DNA of 64,000 bases from NCBI RefSeq assembly GCF_006345805.1, contig NC_043001.1:87978001-88042000 (forward strand), in the 5' to 3' direction. The stretch comes from Octopus sinensis (taxonomy: Eukaryota). Shown piece after piece: positions 13,320 to 26,865 of this stretch. The translations under genes were made by a program, and so were the position numbers. Every line of letters starts with the position of its first letter. The stretch's first letter is position 1. Below the pieces are notes generated by a model. It was not told the DNA's origin. It saw only the letters and a list, made by a program, of their open reading frames with translations, and did no database searches.

Positions 13320-13689
13320 TATGTCTAGTGAGTCTTCACTGGTATATTTAACCCAGCATGATTTGGCACCCTCTTCTTGACGCTTGATTTTGTTCTCTTT
13401 ATGTGTCAGGATGAGGGACTCTTTTCCTTTTTTTCTTTTACTTTTGTGGCAGAGGGGTTGTGGTGTGGATTTAAAAATCTTTTATGGCTTTAGGGAAGGG
13501 AGATCAGTACCCACAGCCTTAGTCTTGATTTCATGTCTAATTGCAGAACAGTATGAAGAAACCACAACCTGCTCCAAATACTTGCAACTTGATTAAAGGT
13601 ACCCAAGTAGAACGTTAAGGTGGTAGTAGACTAGGTGTCGAATTTTGTTTACCACCAAGTGTACAGGTATAGTCCAAAGTAGTTTGGCA

Positions 13690-13810
13690 TGGTTTCAGTC
13701 TACCCTGTTCTACTCGCAAGGTTTGAATATACCCGAGGGTATAGTTGAAGAAGAAAAAGATGAAGATGCCCAAAGTGCAGCACAGTAGGCATGAACTCTT
13801 GTGATTGTAA
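13690..13810 (-). mobile_element. Old SINE family A core remnant
   Basis: Reverse strand reads actgtgctgcactttgggca...actataccctcggg...aaaccttgcgagtag...gtagactgaaac. Confidence 0.5.
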
Positions 13811-14326
13811 ATCCTGTTGATGACACTGTATTGTGTCTGGTTCCCAAGACCACTTGAATGTCAGCAGCCCAGTCCACTTGGCTGCAGACAGGTACCACAG
13901 TACAGCAGAATTCAAAGCAGCAACAGTGTGGGAATTGAGTGGTTCGTTTGTTTCATTGCTGAGTTTAGTGGAGTGAACTACTTGCAGTGGAACTGTATCC
14001 TATCCAAAGACAAGGGTTGTCTCTTATCTACTTAATTCTATGTAAAAAGGAGTAAAGTACCAGCTCTGTGGATTTTTTTTTTTGCTACCTTTCCTACACA
14101 CACACACACACACACACAACACACACACACACACATGCACACATACACACACTCGCACACTACTTTCTCTTTGTCTCTATGTGCATACACATGCACACAC
14201 TCTTCAGCAGTAATTCCCCCTCCCACTCTCATTACTACCAACACCATCATTAATGTGATGTGTACATGTCCACAAAAGAGGCTGGATTCCTCCTCAAAAT
14301 ACACAATTTGATCTTTGCTAACCCTT

Positions 14327-14545
14327 GGCACATTGAATTGGCAGGCTCATTAGAGTGTCAGGAAAAATGCTTTGTGATATTTGTTCTGGCTCTTTATCTT
14401 CTGAGTTCAAATCCTGCCAAGGTCAACTTTGCCTTTCATCCCTACAGGGTCGATAAAATAAAGTACCAGTCAAGTGCTGGGGTCAATGGTATTGACTGGC
14501 CCCTGCCCTCAAAACTTCTGGCCTTGTGCCTAAATAAGAAACATT
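14327..14545 (+). mobile_element. SINE family B (followed by a second decayed 3' half to ~14700)
   Basis: B-box gagttcaaatcc; gggtcgataaaataaagtaccagt core; ggccttgtgcct tail. Confidence 0.85.
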
Positions 14546-16845
14546 ATGTTATTATCATAATAATCCCACTGGGTCAGTTTTGTCTTCCATTCTTCCTGGG
14601 TCTATTCTACAAAACGAGTACCAGTTAAATACTGAGGTTGATTGGATTGACTACATCCTCCTTCCAAAGGCCTGGCCTTGTGCCTGTGTTAGAAGTTATC
14701 ATCATTATTATTATTATTGTTGTTGTTAATGTTGTGAATAAAGTGCTACAAGTTAAAAATATAAGAAAAAATCCCCCCCCCCCAAAACTTGTGGTGGTGT
14801 TTGGGAAGAGGTGCAGTTGTCGACTCCCTCCCTAAAAAAAAAAAACAACGAACATATTATTTGAAAAATACCTTAACATAGAGGTGAGTGTGTTGCAGTG
14901 GTTGATGTGGAAAGGTGCAGGGTGCTCTTGGCTCTGTTGATCAATGTGCCCTTGAGTAAGGGAGGGATAGGGAACAATACCTCCTCTCTTTCCTCCCTCA
15001 TTTCTCTTTCTCTCTCTTTTCTCTTTCTCCTCTCTTTCTCTCTCTCCTCCCCCCCTCTCTCGCTTTGTAATTAATTCTAACTGACAGTGATGATGAGGAG
15101 AATGAAGACAATGATTCATGATAGTGCTGTGATAGATCATTGAGGTTTAAGTAAAAATAGTAAGTTAATAATAATAGTTATAATAATATTGTTGATAATA
15201 ACTGTATTGAAGATGGAAATAATCATAATAATAATGATTTGTTTAATAATAATAATAATAATAAAGATAATAGTAACAGTGGTTTGTAGGACACAAAAGT
15301 GTTTTTCCTTTTTTAATTTGTTGATGAAACCCCCACCTTCCTGTGGAATGTCCATAAAGTTAGGGTTCTCAACCAGTGACCACTTGGCTGTAACCATCTT
15401 TTTTTTTTTTTTTCAATTTTTTCAGTTTTTCATTTTGTCAGTTCTCCACAGTTTTCTCTTCCTTGCTCCATTCTACCATCTTTCACTCTTTGCTTTTGGT
15501 TTCTCCATCGATAAACCACTAACCCTCCCAAGTATCACCTCCTCCTCCTACCTGTTCATTCTTTCTTCCTGGCTCAGCTTTACTCATCTTAGCATTGTAC
15601 CCCCTCTCATTTTTTTTCTATGGTGTCACCCTGTTATCTCTTTGAACTAGACTGTAACCATTGAATCTCTTGCTTCAGTTCAGCCCACCATTATGGGCCT
15701 GTTTGATTCACAACAGGTTTGTGACAACAACAACAAAAAAATGTCCACTTATCTATTCCTCCAGCATTCAACTGACCCACCACCATTCCATGTCATAATT
15801 AAAAATGAACAAAGATAAAACTGCTTCATAATTAAAAGAAGGTGACTGGCAGCAGAACTGTTGTTGCCCCTTTTCACTTTTATCTTCTACCTTTACCCTG
15901 TCATCTCCTACTTAAACCCTCCTGCCTCATTCCATATTGCTCTGTCCCCTACCTTCATTTCTCTCTGTCTTTTCACTCCCTTCCCCAGTTTTGCTTACCC
16001 TTTCATTACTTTCTTCACACTGCTGTCATCTTCAACTCTTCTATCCATGCTGCACTCCCCAGTCCCTCCTCTGTATCTTTTTTTGGCCCCTTCTAATCAC
16101 CATTAATCTGTCAGCCATATATCTCTTTAGATGCTGATATTTTTTTCTTTTACAAAACATAACTTCCATTCCAACCAGTTTATCGCTCTATCAATGTGGA
16201 CTATCTTGGTTAATCAATTGTAATTATTTCTAATTACTGCACCTTATTAGAGTGGTAGCAGCTGGCAGATGTTAATTGTGGAGGGGTAGGTCTATGAGCT
16301 GTAGGTCACTGGTTCATTAATGATGACAGCACTATATTGTGTCTACATCCAAGACACTGAACTCATCTTAATGGTCCAGTTTACCTTGCTGTATGGATTT
16401 TCAGCTGGAACACTGTAAAACTGATGAATGCTTTACATGCAATGCTGAATTCTTGCAATGGGTTTTCCCATGGAGAGGCCACAGCCCCTGACAAACTGAT
16501 ATATGGCATAAAGACAAAACCCTTCGGTGGTGACCCATAACACCCTTTACATTATGGGATTCCATTGTTACTACTTTTTCATTTCTATTTCTGCCAACCT
16601 GTTGATCAGGACAGAGTTAGAATATCCATGACAATCCATACCCCTCTCTCCCTGTCCCTTTCTTTCCCCCTCATTTACTTTTTTTTTTTAATGTATCATG
16701 TTTTAGAATGATTGTTGTTGTTAATGTTGTTGTAACAGTTTGTTGTTTTATATATTCCAGCAATACTACATTTTCTAGTTCGGTTGCTGAGCAGATCTGG
16801 ATTAGAATAAAAATAGCTAATCAAAGTATTAGTAACAGTTCACAG

Positions 16846-16877
<32 letters not shown>

Positions 16878-16894
16878 TGCATATATCTTTGCAA

Positions 16895-17093
16895 TTTGCA
16901 AGCCAATCATCACTGGTGCTAGTGCCATTGAAAAAGCACCCAGTACACTCAATAAAGTGGTTGACATTAGGAGGGGCATCTAGCCATAGAAACCATGGCA
17001 TAGTCCTCCAACTTGTCAAACACTGTAAAATAGTCCGCTCCATGCTAGCATGGAAGCCAGACATTAAATGATGGTGAGGAGGATGGGGATGAT
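16895..17093 (+). mobile_element. RTE LINE 3' end (old)
   Basis: aaagcaccc.gtacactc...attaggaggggcatctagcc...catgctagcatgga...gacattaaatgatg. Confidence 0.75.
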
Positions 17094-17362
17094 ATAGCTC
17101 TAAAATTATAGTTTAGAGTATTAAATTTTGGGTGGAACTTTACCATTCACTCAGTATTCTACGTATTGTCATACAGTGGTCAGACATATTAAGGGATGTG
17201 GAATTTTACTCACTTTAAGGTAGTAACGGACTCTGTAGACACTTTGTTAATTTATGCAATACTCAAAGAAGAGTTTTTGAGAATAATTTGACTGTAATTA
17301 TATTGAGCTGGTGAAGCAAATGCAGAGAAACTCATAAAATATTCATATGGTCTCTATTGTAA

Positions 17363-17570
17363 CCCTTTAACTTTCAGATCATTCTGTCAAGTGCAATCTT
17401 TATTCACATCATTTTGAATTTATCAGCCATTATCTGACAACTTAAAGATTTTGATAATGTGATTGTTTATTTTTAGAATGGTTAGGTGTGACAGGCTTGA
17501 TTTGGCTGAATTTAGCGTAAACCAGTTAGAATATTTGGGTTGGATGTGGCCATTTTAAATGCTAAAGGAC
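17363..17570. mobile_element. TTAA-type MITE family 2
   Basis: CCCTTTAAC... and ...AATGCTAAAGG termini; reverse orientation relative to 5704 copy. Confidence 0.6.
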
Positions 17571-18040
17571 TAGGTTTTAGAAGAATTGCGGAAGGAGATT
17601 TAGCTGTTGTATTTAATATATCAGTCAGACAATAAAAAAAAAGACTTCTTGTTGATTCAAATGGCACTCGTAAATGATTTATTGGCTCCGGTATTGAGTT
17701 GTTATAGTTCTGAGTAAAGAGCAGTTCAGTTACTTCCTCTAGCTTTATGGAAGCTTCTTGATTGGTTTGTGTGTGTGGTACAGCCTTGTTCAGCTGTGTT
17801 TAGGTTGTGACCAATGGTTTGGTGAGGTATTAGACGATGGAGAGTCAGAAGTTGTATTCTGTCACCACTGCTACTTTTGTTGCTGTTACCATGTAAAAAA
17901 GGAAAGCCTAATATCAGCCTGCATTAGTCAGATATGTACAGTTGTGGTAATGCTTGTATATTCGGGTTGTATGTGCGTATGTTTATACACACATACATGT
18001 ATGTGTGTGTGTGTAGTGACTTATATGTACATATGTAGAC

Positions 18041-18104
<64 letters not shown>

Positions 18105-18439
18105 ATACATATATGTGTGTGGTGTATACATATATATGTGTGTGGTGTATACATATATATGTATTTGTGCACAAATTTACATGTGTGTGTGTGTATGTGT
18201 GTGTAAGATGTGTATATGAGTGTATATATTTATATGTATGTGCATGTGTGTATGAATGTGTATCTCTTTCCTATCAAGTGTTAAACTCCACTAATTTATG
18301 ACAATGGTTAGGGGTTTGTCCTAATTTTAAATGTTTATAGTATAAAAATATACTCAAATAGATTACAAAGCGGAAAGGTAGTGATGAACATTTTATTCTC
18401 AATGTATTCTGACTCCACTTTGGTAGGGCATGTTTGATA

Positions 18440-18700
18440 TATGAACTTTCTTTAACTTCATAATGAACATTCCAAATTTTGAACTGGCTTTCATCTGAGA
18501 ACTTTACAAAAAAAAAAAAAGTCCCCTCCTCTCCAAACTGACCATTATGACTGCACACAAATTTGAGCAACAAGCTAAATGGATGAGTTTATACAGCTTT
18601 GGCACGAACAGCTGGTTTGTTTTAGGTTGTCAGTCAAGAATCTCCTTTGATGAGAATGGAACTGTAACCCAATGAGCTGCTGTATTTTGGATCATTGGAC
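18440..18700 (-). mobile_element. Highly decayed Tc1-like transposase fragment
   Basis: Minus frame gives VKFSDESQF (Tc1 FSDESKF first catalytic Asp). Confidence 0.45.
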
Positions 18701-18961
18701 AAATTCTGCTGTTGTACTGTTGTAGATTTCAAATGCTTCATAGGATTTTAAACTTTTCTTTTAACTTTGGATTTTTTTTTATTACAGTAAGGGGTTGTTT
18801 GTCTTTGCACAATAAGTGGCTGAGAAATCGTGGAGTAGATGGCAATCTGTCTTTGTTGAACAAGAAAGAAATGGATTATATAGAATATATTATTGTTGTA
18901 CAGAGCAGGCCAAGCCAATAGCTAAAACCTAACCACAATATGAATAAAGAGACATAAGATT

Positions 18962-19004
<43 letters not shown>

Positions 19005-19944
19005 ATATATTGATCTGCTTTAAATTATTACATGGCTGGGTCCAACCTATATTTAAAGCCTGAAGGTTTGTTAAAGAAAATTTGGCTATTACTTTGAGAT
19101 GAGAATGCTACATGGAAATTTTTACTGCCTTGTGTGACCCCTATTTTAAATATTAAGTAGTTTATTGAGGGTAAGTTTGGCTATGACTTTGAGCGATTCA
19201 ATCAAGTGACTGCATAAATATTGAGCCAACTATTAACAGTTGGCTTATGTGGTCTCTAGTTTGAAGACACACCAGGGAGTTTGTTGATGAATGTATCTGA
19301 CCTTGAGAGAGTTAAGGGTTAGTCCCTGATTAGCCAGCCCCCCAAAAGTTATTGCTGTTGCTATTGTTTCTATACCAGGTCTACATTATCTCCTTAAACA
19401 CCTATAAACACAAACACATTTTTCAAAAAAAGCAAAATAACTTTTTTTTTTTTCTCTTATTACCTCTTGAACAGTTCAGTTTTGTGGGGTTGAATGGAGT
19501 GGAATAATGGCTCAGTGATTTAAGGATGTCTATTGGTATTAACTAGCTTATATGGTGTGGTGTGAATAGGTATCATTTCACTCACAGTTTTGTGTTAGAA
19601 ACGGTTCACTCCGAACACCACCTGTATCTTTGCTGTGTTATACCACTATATAATCTATTTGCAGGTGGAAAAGAGGGTAAAACCAGGGGCATTTTTTTTT
19701 TCATTTTAACTAAGATTTTTTTTTTTATTCTGTGCATAGGAATGTATATTATACTCTTGTTATGCAGGTTTCAAATCCACCCTTCGCTAACAGTTTATAT
19801 ATATATATCTATATCTATCTATCTATCTATCTATATATATATATATATATATAGTTTGTATGTAAGTGTGCGTGTATATATATATATATATGTATATATG
19901 TATATATATATATATATGTTTGTATGTAAGTGTGTGTGTATATA

Positions 19945-20000
<56 letters not shown>

Positions 20001-20728
20001 TGTATGTAAGTGTGTGTGTATATTATATATATATATGTGTGTGTGTGTGTATGTATGTGTTTAATTTTAAATTCTTACATTTTTCAGATATGAAATTTTT
20101 CCTTTCAATGCTCTTCAAACACCCTGACAAACCCTCAGTCCCCTGCTCACACATAATTTAAATTTGATTCACCTACCCACAAACATTTTGCCCAATTTTA
20201 TTCATTTACATATACACACATACACAAAACACTGCCCATGGCCCATGGTCACACATTGCTCAGATATAACCCCTCCCCACTCTCCCAAACCAAATTAAAA
20301 AAAAAAAAATTAAATTCTGACTCTTTTGTTTATTCTGTTATTTTTGGATATCTGTTTTGTACAGTGTTGTGTAATCCCCTTCTCTTGCCCCTTCTCACAC
20401 TATCTTACTCCCTTACACACACACACACGCACACATACACACACACACCTAAAGATTTTTCTTAAAAGGAACCATGTTTCCATATCCTGTTGTTCCCACT
20501 TCTTTTATTTTTCATTTTTTTTTTTTCTGTTTTTGTTTTTAAAATATTTCTGTGTGTGTATGTCAGGTTTTTTCTTTGAATTTTACTTGAAAATAAACTA
20601 TTTCTGTAATAAATCTCTTGTTTGAGTTTTCTTTTTTTTTTATTTGTCTTGTTTGAACCCTGTGCTTATTTATTGCTAAAACGAGGACAAATTCATGTGT
20701 ATTACTTAATAATATAATTTTGTATTTA

Positions 20729-21235
20729 ACCCTTTTGTTATCATATTTCTATTAAAATAGGCGCAGGAGTGGCTGTGTGGTAAGTAGCTTGCTTACCAAC
20801 TACATGGTTCCGGGTTCAGTCCCACTGCATGGCATCTCGGGCAAGTGTCTTCTACTATAGCCTCAGGCCGACCAAAGCCTTGTGAGTGGATTTGGTAGAT
20901 GGAAACTGAAAGAAGCCCGTCTTATATATGTATATATATATATGTATGTGTGTGTATGTTTGTGTGTCTGTGTTTGACCCCTAGCATTGCTTGACAACCG
21001 ATGCTGGTGTGTTTACATCGCTGTCACTTAGCGGTTCGGCAAAAGAGACTGACAATAAGTACTGGGCTTATAAAGAATAAGTCATGGGGTCGATTTGCTC
21101 AACTAAAGGCGATGCTCTAGCATGGCCGCAGTCAAATGACTGAAACAAGTAAAAGAGTAAAAGAGAGTAATATATTTGCCTCTGTTTCAATTGATTTCTA
21201 AAATAATGAAAAATTTATTAGAATAACTTTAATGT
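20729..21235. mobile_element. TTAA-type MITE remnant interrupted by SINE A
   Basis: ttaacccttttgttatcatatttct... continues after the SINE as ttgcctctgtttcaattgatt..., similar to the MITE at 25333. Confidence 0.55.
20760..21170 (+). mobile_element. SINE family A, full length, young
   Basis: GGCGCAGGAGTGGCTGTGTGGTAAG head, GGTTCAGTCCC B-box, aaagagtaaaagag tail. Confidence 0.93.
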
Positions 21236-21252
21236 TCTAGACTGATTAATAT

Positions 21253-21430
21253 ATTTTACTTATTTCAGTCATTGGACTGCAGCCATGCTGGGGGCACTGC
21301 CTTGAAGGGTTTTAATTGAATAAATCAACTTCAGTATTATTTTCTAAAGTCTGGTACTTTATCAGTTTCTTTTGCTGAACCACTAAATTACAATGGTTGT
21401 TGAGTTGGTGGTGGTAGGGACAAACACAAA
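21253..21430 (-). mobile_element. Old SINE A-related 3' half
   Basis: tttcagtcattggactgcagccatgctgggggcactgcc. Confidence 0.65.
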
Positions 21431-21479
21431 ACACACATATATAATCACCATCATTTAATGATTTATACATGCATACATT

Positions 21480-21730
21480 ACAGCGAGAGAGTTATAGCCC
21501 AATTAATGCAGTTTCTTTTTGTGCCAGGTAGAAGTATGCCTGATGTTATCTTTTTTAGTCAGGGAACTTCAGAAGCATTTAACTAAGAGTAAATCTTTAC
21601 ACTTGACATTTGCTGACCTAGAGAAAGCCTTCAACAGATATGGTGGTTTCTCAGAAGCTAGGGTTAGATGAATGACTTGTGAAAGATGTAACAAGCCATG
21701 TACTAGGGGTGTTGTCAGTAAGGTGAGTTA
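21480..21730 (+). mobile_element. Old RTE reverse transcriptase fragment (left part)
   Basis: FVPGRS.PDVIFLVR...LTFADLEKAFNR...KLGLDE; collinear with RTE at 41850-42090. Confidence 0.8.
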
Positions 21731-21739
21731 TCCCTGAAT

Positions 21740-22425
21740 CCCCGAAGTCAAATGAAATCATAATCTCATGGCCTATGCCAGGGGCGTAACCAGCCCACTT
21801 ATGCGTACCTTTTCCTTCTTTGGACACTAAAACTCTGCTTGCGAAGACCTGTTGAGGCAATGAAATCAATCAAAAGTAGAATCAAAATCAAATTCGATCT
21901 CTGGCATTCATGCTAGCAGGGTGCAAAGAGCACCATACGAATGTGATCATTGACAGAGCGGCTAACCGGCTTCTGTGCCAGTGGCACTTAAAGGGCACCA
22001 TTCGAGCGTGATCGTTAACACTGTCGCCTTACTGGCACTTGTGCCCGTACTAGTAGGGTACCAAGAGCACCATCCGAGCGTGATCGTTGCCAGAGCAGCC
22101 GACTGGCTTCCGTGCCAGTGGCACGTAAAAGGGTACCATTCAAGCATGATCATTACCAACGTCGCCTTACTGGTACCTGTGATGGTGGCATGTGTAAAAG
22201 TATTCGAGTGAGGTCGTTGCCAGTACCGTCTGACTGGCCCCCATGCCGGTCACATGTAAAAAGCACCCACTACACTCTAGGAGTGGTTGGCATTAGGAAG
22301 GGCATCCAGCTGTAGAAATTCTGCCAAATCAAGATTGGAGCCTGGTTCATCAGCCCTCAGTCAAAATCATCCAACCCATGCTAGCATGGAAAGCGGACGT
22401 TAAACGATGATGATGATGATGATGA
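21740..22425 (+). mobile_element. Younger RTE 3' UTR inserted into the older RTE RT
   Basis: gaagacctgttgaggcaa, GTGCCAGTGGCAC subrepeats, gcggacgttaaac(GAT)n tail. Confidence 0.88.
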
Positions 22426-22625
22426 CAGTGTGTTGGTAGGTGTTCACCAGGGCTTGATTCTCTGTCCTCTCCTATACATCATTGTCCTCCAGACCATAAC
22501 AGAAGAATTTAAAACTGGTTGCCTATGGAAACTACTTTATGCTGACGGTCTTGCTTTTATCACAAAATCTGTAACAGAATTAGAAAACAAATTGCAGGTG
22601 TGGAAGCAAAATCTGGAATCATAGA
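22426..22625 (+). mobile_element. Old RTE reverse transcriptase fragment (right part)
   Basis: VGVHQGLILCPLLYIIVLQTITEEFKTGCLWKLLYADGLAFI...LQVWKQNLES. Confidence 0.85.
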
Positions 22626-22715
22626 CAGTATTTTCACTTGATGTTAATGAGGACAGGTGAAACAATAAAACACTAACCTGACCCATCACGCACACACACC
22701 ACACACATACATACA

Positions 22716-22890
22716 AACATATACGATGGGCTTCTCCATTTTTAACTACCAATTCTACTCGCAAAAGTTTGGTCAGCTTGGAACTATAGTAGAAGACACT
22801 GGTTCATTGTGCCCTGCAGTATGACTGAACCTGAAACCACAAGGCTGCAAAGCAAACCTTGTAACCACACAGTTGTGCCTGCATCTGTTT
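22716..22890 (-). mobile_element. SINE family A 5' half (decayed)
   Basis: actatagtagaagacact...gactgaacctgaaacc...aaccacacag. Confidence 0.7.
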
Positions 22891-23627
22891 GGTAATATCA
22901 AAGAACATTAACTGCAACTAATCATAACATTCAACCACATAAATACTGAGAGCCAATGAAGAAGCTATATGCAGTTGTATGACTTGCTAGAAATAGCAGC
23001 CAAATTTCCCTCAAAACTAATGTACTAAAAATCACAATACTACTACAGCATTCACAGAAAACATCTTAAACAAAGCAAAGTAATGCCTAAACATATTAAT
23101 ATACTTGCAGTTATCAACTACATCCATCCATGACCTATACAATGAAACAAAGTTGCTAAATGTGAAAGATCATGTCAATATGCAAGGGTTTATTGCGACC
23201 TTTTATGAGAAATGGGCCACATGAGATATGGCAGGCTGCACTACTGAAATAATTCAAGTTAATTTTTTATCAGGTATGTTATTCAGAAATTCTTGCAGTG
23301 CACAGTTTGTTCATGACACCACATATACAGTCTCTGTTAATATTGTAGTCTAAAGCACATACATATCTATTACAGCATCCTAAAGCACTTCTACCACTAC
23401 ATCCAAATAATAGAATCAGGTATGGTTGACTCTGTCAGTATTCCTCCACTGAATCCAGATAAACATACCCCTCATCCCTCAGTATATAATTGTGGTGTCC
23501 CAGCATGGCCACAGCACATGAGCTGAAACTAGTTTCAATTCAATTCAATTCAAAAATAGCTGTTTGAGAATAATTTGGCTATTGATGGCCCCATTGCTTC
23601 CAAACTATATTGGAATGTATACCACCA

Positions 23628-23875
23628 ATTGTGAGAGGAGATCAATTAGCAACTGTTGTATACTGACTGTCAACCATACTTGATTCCATTGTGGCCACTA
23701 GATAAATTAACAACTACTGTACTCTAAGTTCACCCCATCTGCTTTTATTGTGGCCACCAAATGAATTAGCGATTGTTATACTCTGATTGAGCTCACCACA
23801 CCTGTTCCATTGTGACCACAGATTAATTAGCAACTGCTGTATTCTGAATGAGTTTACATTATCTGATTGTGCCAT
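23628..23875. repeat. ~60-bp minisatellite, about 4 copies
   Basis: attgtg(g/a)cca...aattagcaact..tgta units start at 23628, 23688, 23747, 23809, 23866. Confidence 0.85.
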
Positions 23876-24359
23876 CATAAAAATCTACAAGCTAATGAGG
23901 GAAACTATGAGCTCACTCTATTAGCTACAACCATATTTCCCTAAAATTATACTCTACTTTCCTAAAAAACAAGACACATTGTATAACGCAGTTCTTGAGA
24001 CAGTAAGCTTTAAAGATAACAAGATCAAAGATGGAAAGTATTCCATCTTTCCATGACAGATCTGTTGACAGTATGACATGTCCAGATTGTCACAATTCAC
24101 TCCATATGATTAACCAGTACATGTCAGAATGTTGAGTAAGGCTATCAAGTAGAGGTATGGTATATCTGAAACAATAGGTACATTAATTAGACCTAGGCAT
24201 TTGGCCAACTACATGAATGTTCTCATGTTCATCTCTTGGAGTGATGAGGACCATCGGGTTATTCTTAAGGATGACTGCTGATTTACATGGTGACTTTGTT
24301 TAAAGTGGAGAAGAGTTGCACACCATCAACCTCACTCTCTCATCTGTGACTATCCTTAA

Positions 24360-24574
24360 CTCTTTCGACACCAACCCAGCTGAAACCACCTCTGGCTCTG
24401 TAGTACTTGTTTTCAAAAGTTCTGAATTAAAATCTTCAGCCAAACCTTAGTCACAATTTATGTTCCTAATACTAGCTTAATGATAATTAAGTTATTTTAC
24501 TAAATTCTTTGTTACGTTCAAAATTACTTGAAAGAAACACAGAGCATCTCAACAGAAATATGGCAAAAAAAAGG
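24360..24574 (-). mobile_element. TTAA (piggyBac-like) MITE family 1
   Basis: TTAA on both sides; reverse complement of the 25333 copy. Confidence 0.85.
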
Positions 24575-24719
24575 TTAACTCAGTGGCCAGACCAGGTCAA
24601 GATGACTGGGTATGGAGACGAATACAATGGATGACCAAGATGTCTTACTTGCATCATCTTGGTCTCTCTCCAGTCCACAAAGTATTGCTACAAATGCCTT
24701 TCCCTCCACTGAACCATGA

Positions 24720-25100
24720 GTGGAGGTGCAATGGCTCAATGGTTAGGGCAGCAGACTCGTGGTTTCGATTCCCAGACCAGGCGTTGTGTGTGTTTATTGA
24801 ACGGAAACACCTAAAGCTCAACAAGGCTCCGGCAGTGGGGGGGGGGCAACCCCCGTTGTACTCTTTTGCCCCAACTTTCTCTCACTCTTTCTTCCTGTTT
24901 CTTGTCCCTGACTTCCTATGCAACCGCTGAGCCTGGATGTGCATTCATTCATCCGTCGATGCTCTCAGTGTTGGGGGTTGACCTGCTTTCTCTCCTGCGG
25001 GTCTTACGAATAGCAAAGGACCACGTTTCGGACTTCTCCCACTACAGAAGTGCGATCTTGCGAGCTCTGGGACGAAGACCGCTTCGCCCAACAACAACGA
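24720..25100 (+). mobile_element. tRNA-derived SINE family C
   Basis: GTGGAGGTGCAATGGCTCAATGGTTAGGGCAGC head, gtttcgattccc B-box, (AAC)n-like tail. Confidence 0.85.
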
Positions 25101-25332
25101 CTGAACCATGATCTCTTCTGCAAACTACATTGGATCTAGTATTTATAGCTTACATGCTATAGAGTTGCTCAATCAGACATGACATGGATTTACTCAGTAA
25201 CAACATCACCATGACCATCTCCACTGCTGCCGTGAACAACTAACACCATTATGAGGGACCTTTTTTCTAGTCATTCAATATACTTTGAAGTAACTGCAAA
25301 AGTCTTCCCCAAATCACACTATTTTGCCTTAA

Positions 25333-25554
25333 CCCATTCGTTACTGTATTTATTTTGAGATGTTTTGTGTTTCTTTCAATTAATTTTAAATATAGCAAAG
25401 AATTTGGTAAAAAAACTTATTTATCATTCAGCTAGTGTTAGGAACATAAATTGTGACTAAGATTTGATGGAAGATTTTAATTCAAAATTTATGAAAACAA
25501 GACATTTGTACTACAGAGCCAGAGCCGATTTCAGCCGGGTTGGTATCGAAAGAG
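25333..25554 (+). mobile_element. TTAA (piggyBac-like) MITE family 1
   Basis: TTAA at 25329-32 and 25555-58; TIR CCCATTCGTTAC / GTATCGAAAGAG. Confidence 0.88.
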
Positions 25555-26865
25555 TTAAAAAGGAAGAACACTCTGGATAATGTAGTCTGTAGTACACTGA
25601 ATCTGAACAAAAGAATATCTTTGACAACTTGTCTGCTGGATCACAAACACATTTCTTGATCCTCTACACTAAAGCCATTCCGCACTCAACAAGTTTACTT
25701 TAAGAATCTATAATAATTTTGATTGGTTCAGTAGTGTCTTTTAGTTTGCTGGTTGCTATGGTGATGGGAGGGAAAAAAAGTGGAGGAGTGGGGACATGTT
25801 CGTTTTCTTACTATTTTCCACTGCCATCATAAACCACCACTCTCATTAACATTATATCTTTAACGAATACTCCAGCTCCACCACTACAACCAAAAAGAAC
25901 AACTCATTACAACAAAAAAAAAACACCAACAAATATTGTTTTCTCCATCATTCCCACCACCACCACCACCACTAACAACAACAACAATAATAATAACCAC
26001 TAAATCACATTCAACTATTTTCCCTAAAACCTACCCCCATCCCAACCCACTTTTCTGCCACGTTGCACTGTTCACCATTACACACATCTTTCCTTAACAT
26101 CAATCTATCATCTGGTTTGTTGGTTGGTTTCAATGGTACAGACAATAGTCTTCACTGCAGTTAATGGAGGAACGAAACTGAGGTTGTCATGGTAATAGCA
26201 AACATCACTTTTCCAAAATATCTTCACAATAAGAAAAAAAAAGACTCACAAATATCCAAAACAACAACTATAATAATAATAATAATGATGATAAGAAGAA
26301 GAAGAACATTGACAACGAAAGCAATAATAATAATAATAGTTCATCAACTGGAAAAAAAAAATGAAATTTCCGAGATTAACAAACTTAATTATAGATTTTG
26401 TCTCCTTGAAAGTTAATGCATGTAAGAGGGGTGTGTGTGGACAGTATGGATGTAGTGGGGGGAGGTTGTCTGGTAGAACTACAAAGAATTGACAGTGTGA
26501 AAGTAGTTTTTTTTTTTTTTGCCATTTTTTCTTTACTCCTGAAGAAATATCACAACACCCATAGTATATTGCATTTTATAATGTGCCATATTCTGCCCCT
26601 TTCTGTTGCATAATTGGATGAAATGTTAGATCCAAATATTAAATGAAAAATTAACACGTAAAAGCATAAAAACAAAAGGCAATATGTTAGTTAAAACTTG
26701 AATATATTTAGCATTACTTACTGTTATGGCCACCAACATCTGAAGGAAATTATGTTGGTGTGTACCTACATCTAATTCTTTAGTTCATTTTAGCCATCAT
26801 AGCTAAGGCCAAGCTGGAACAGTTTTATTTCAATATATTTATTTGCATTTTGTTTATATGTAAGA

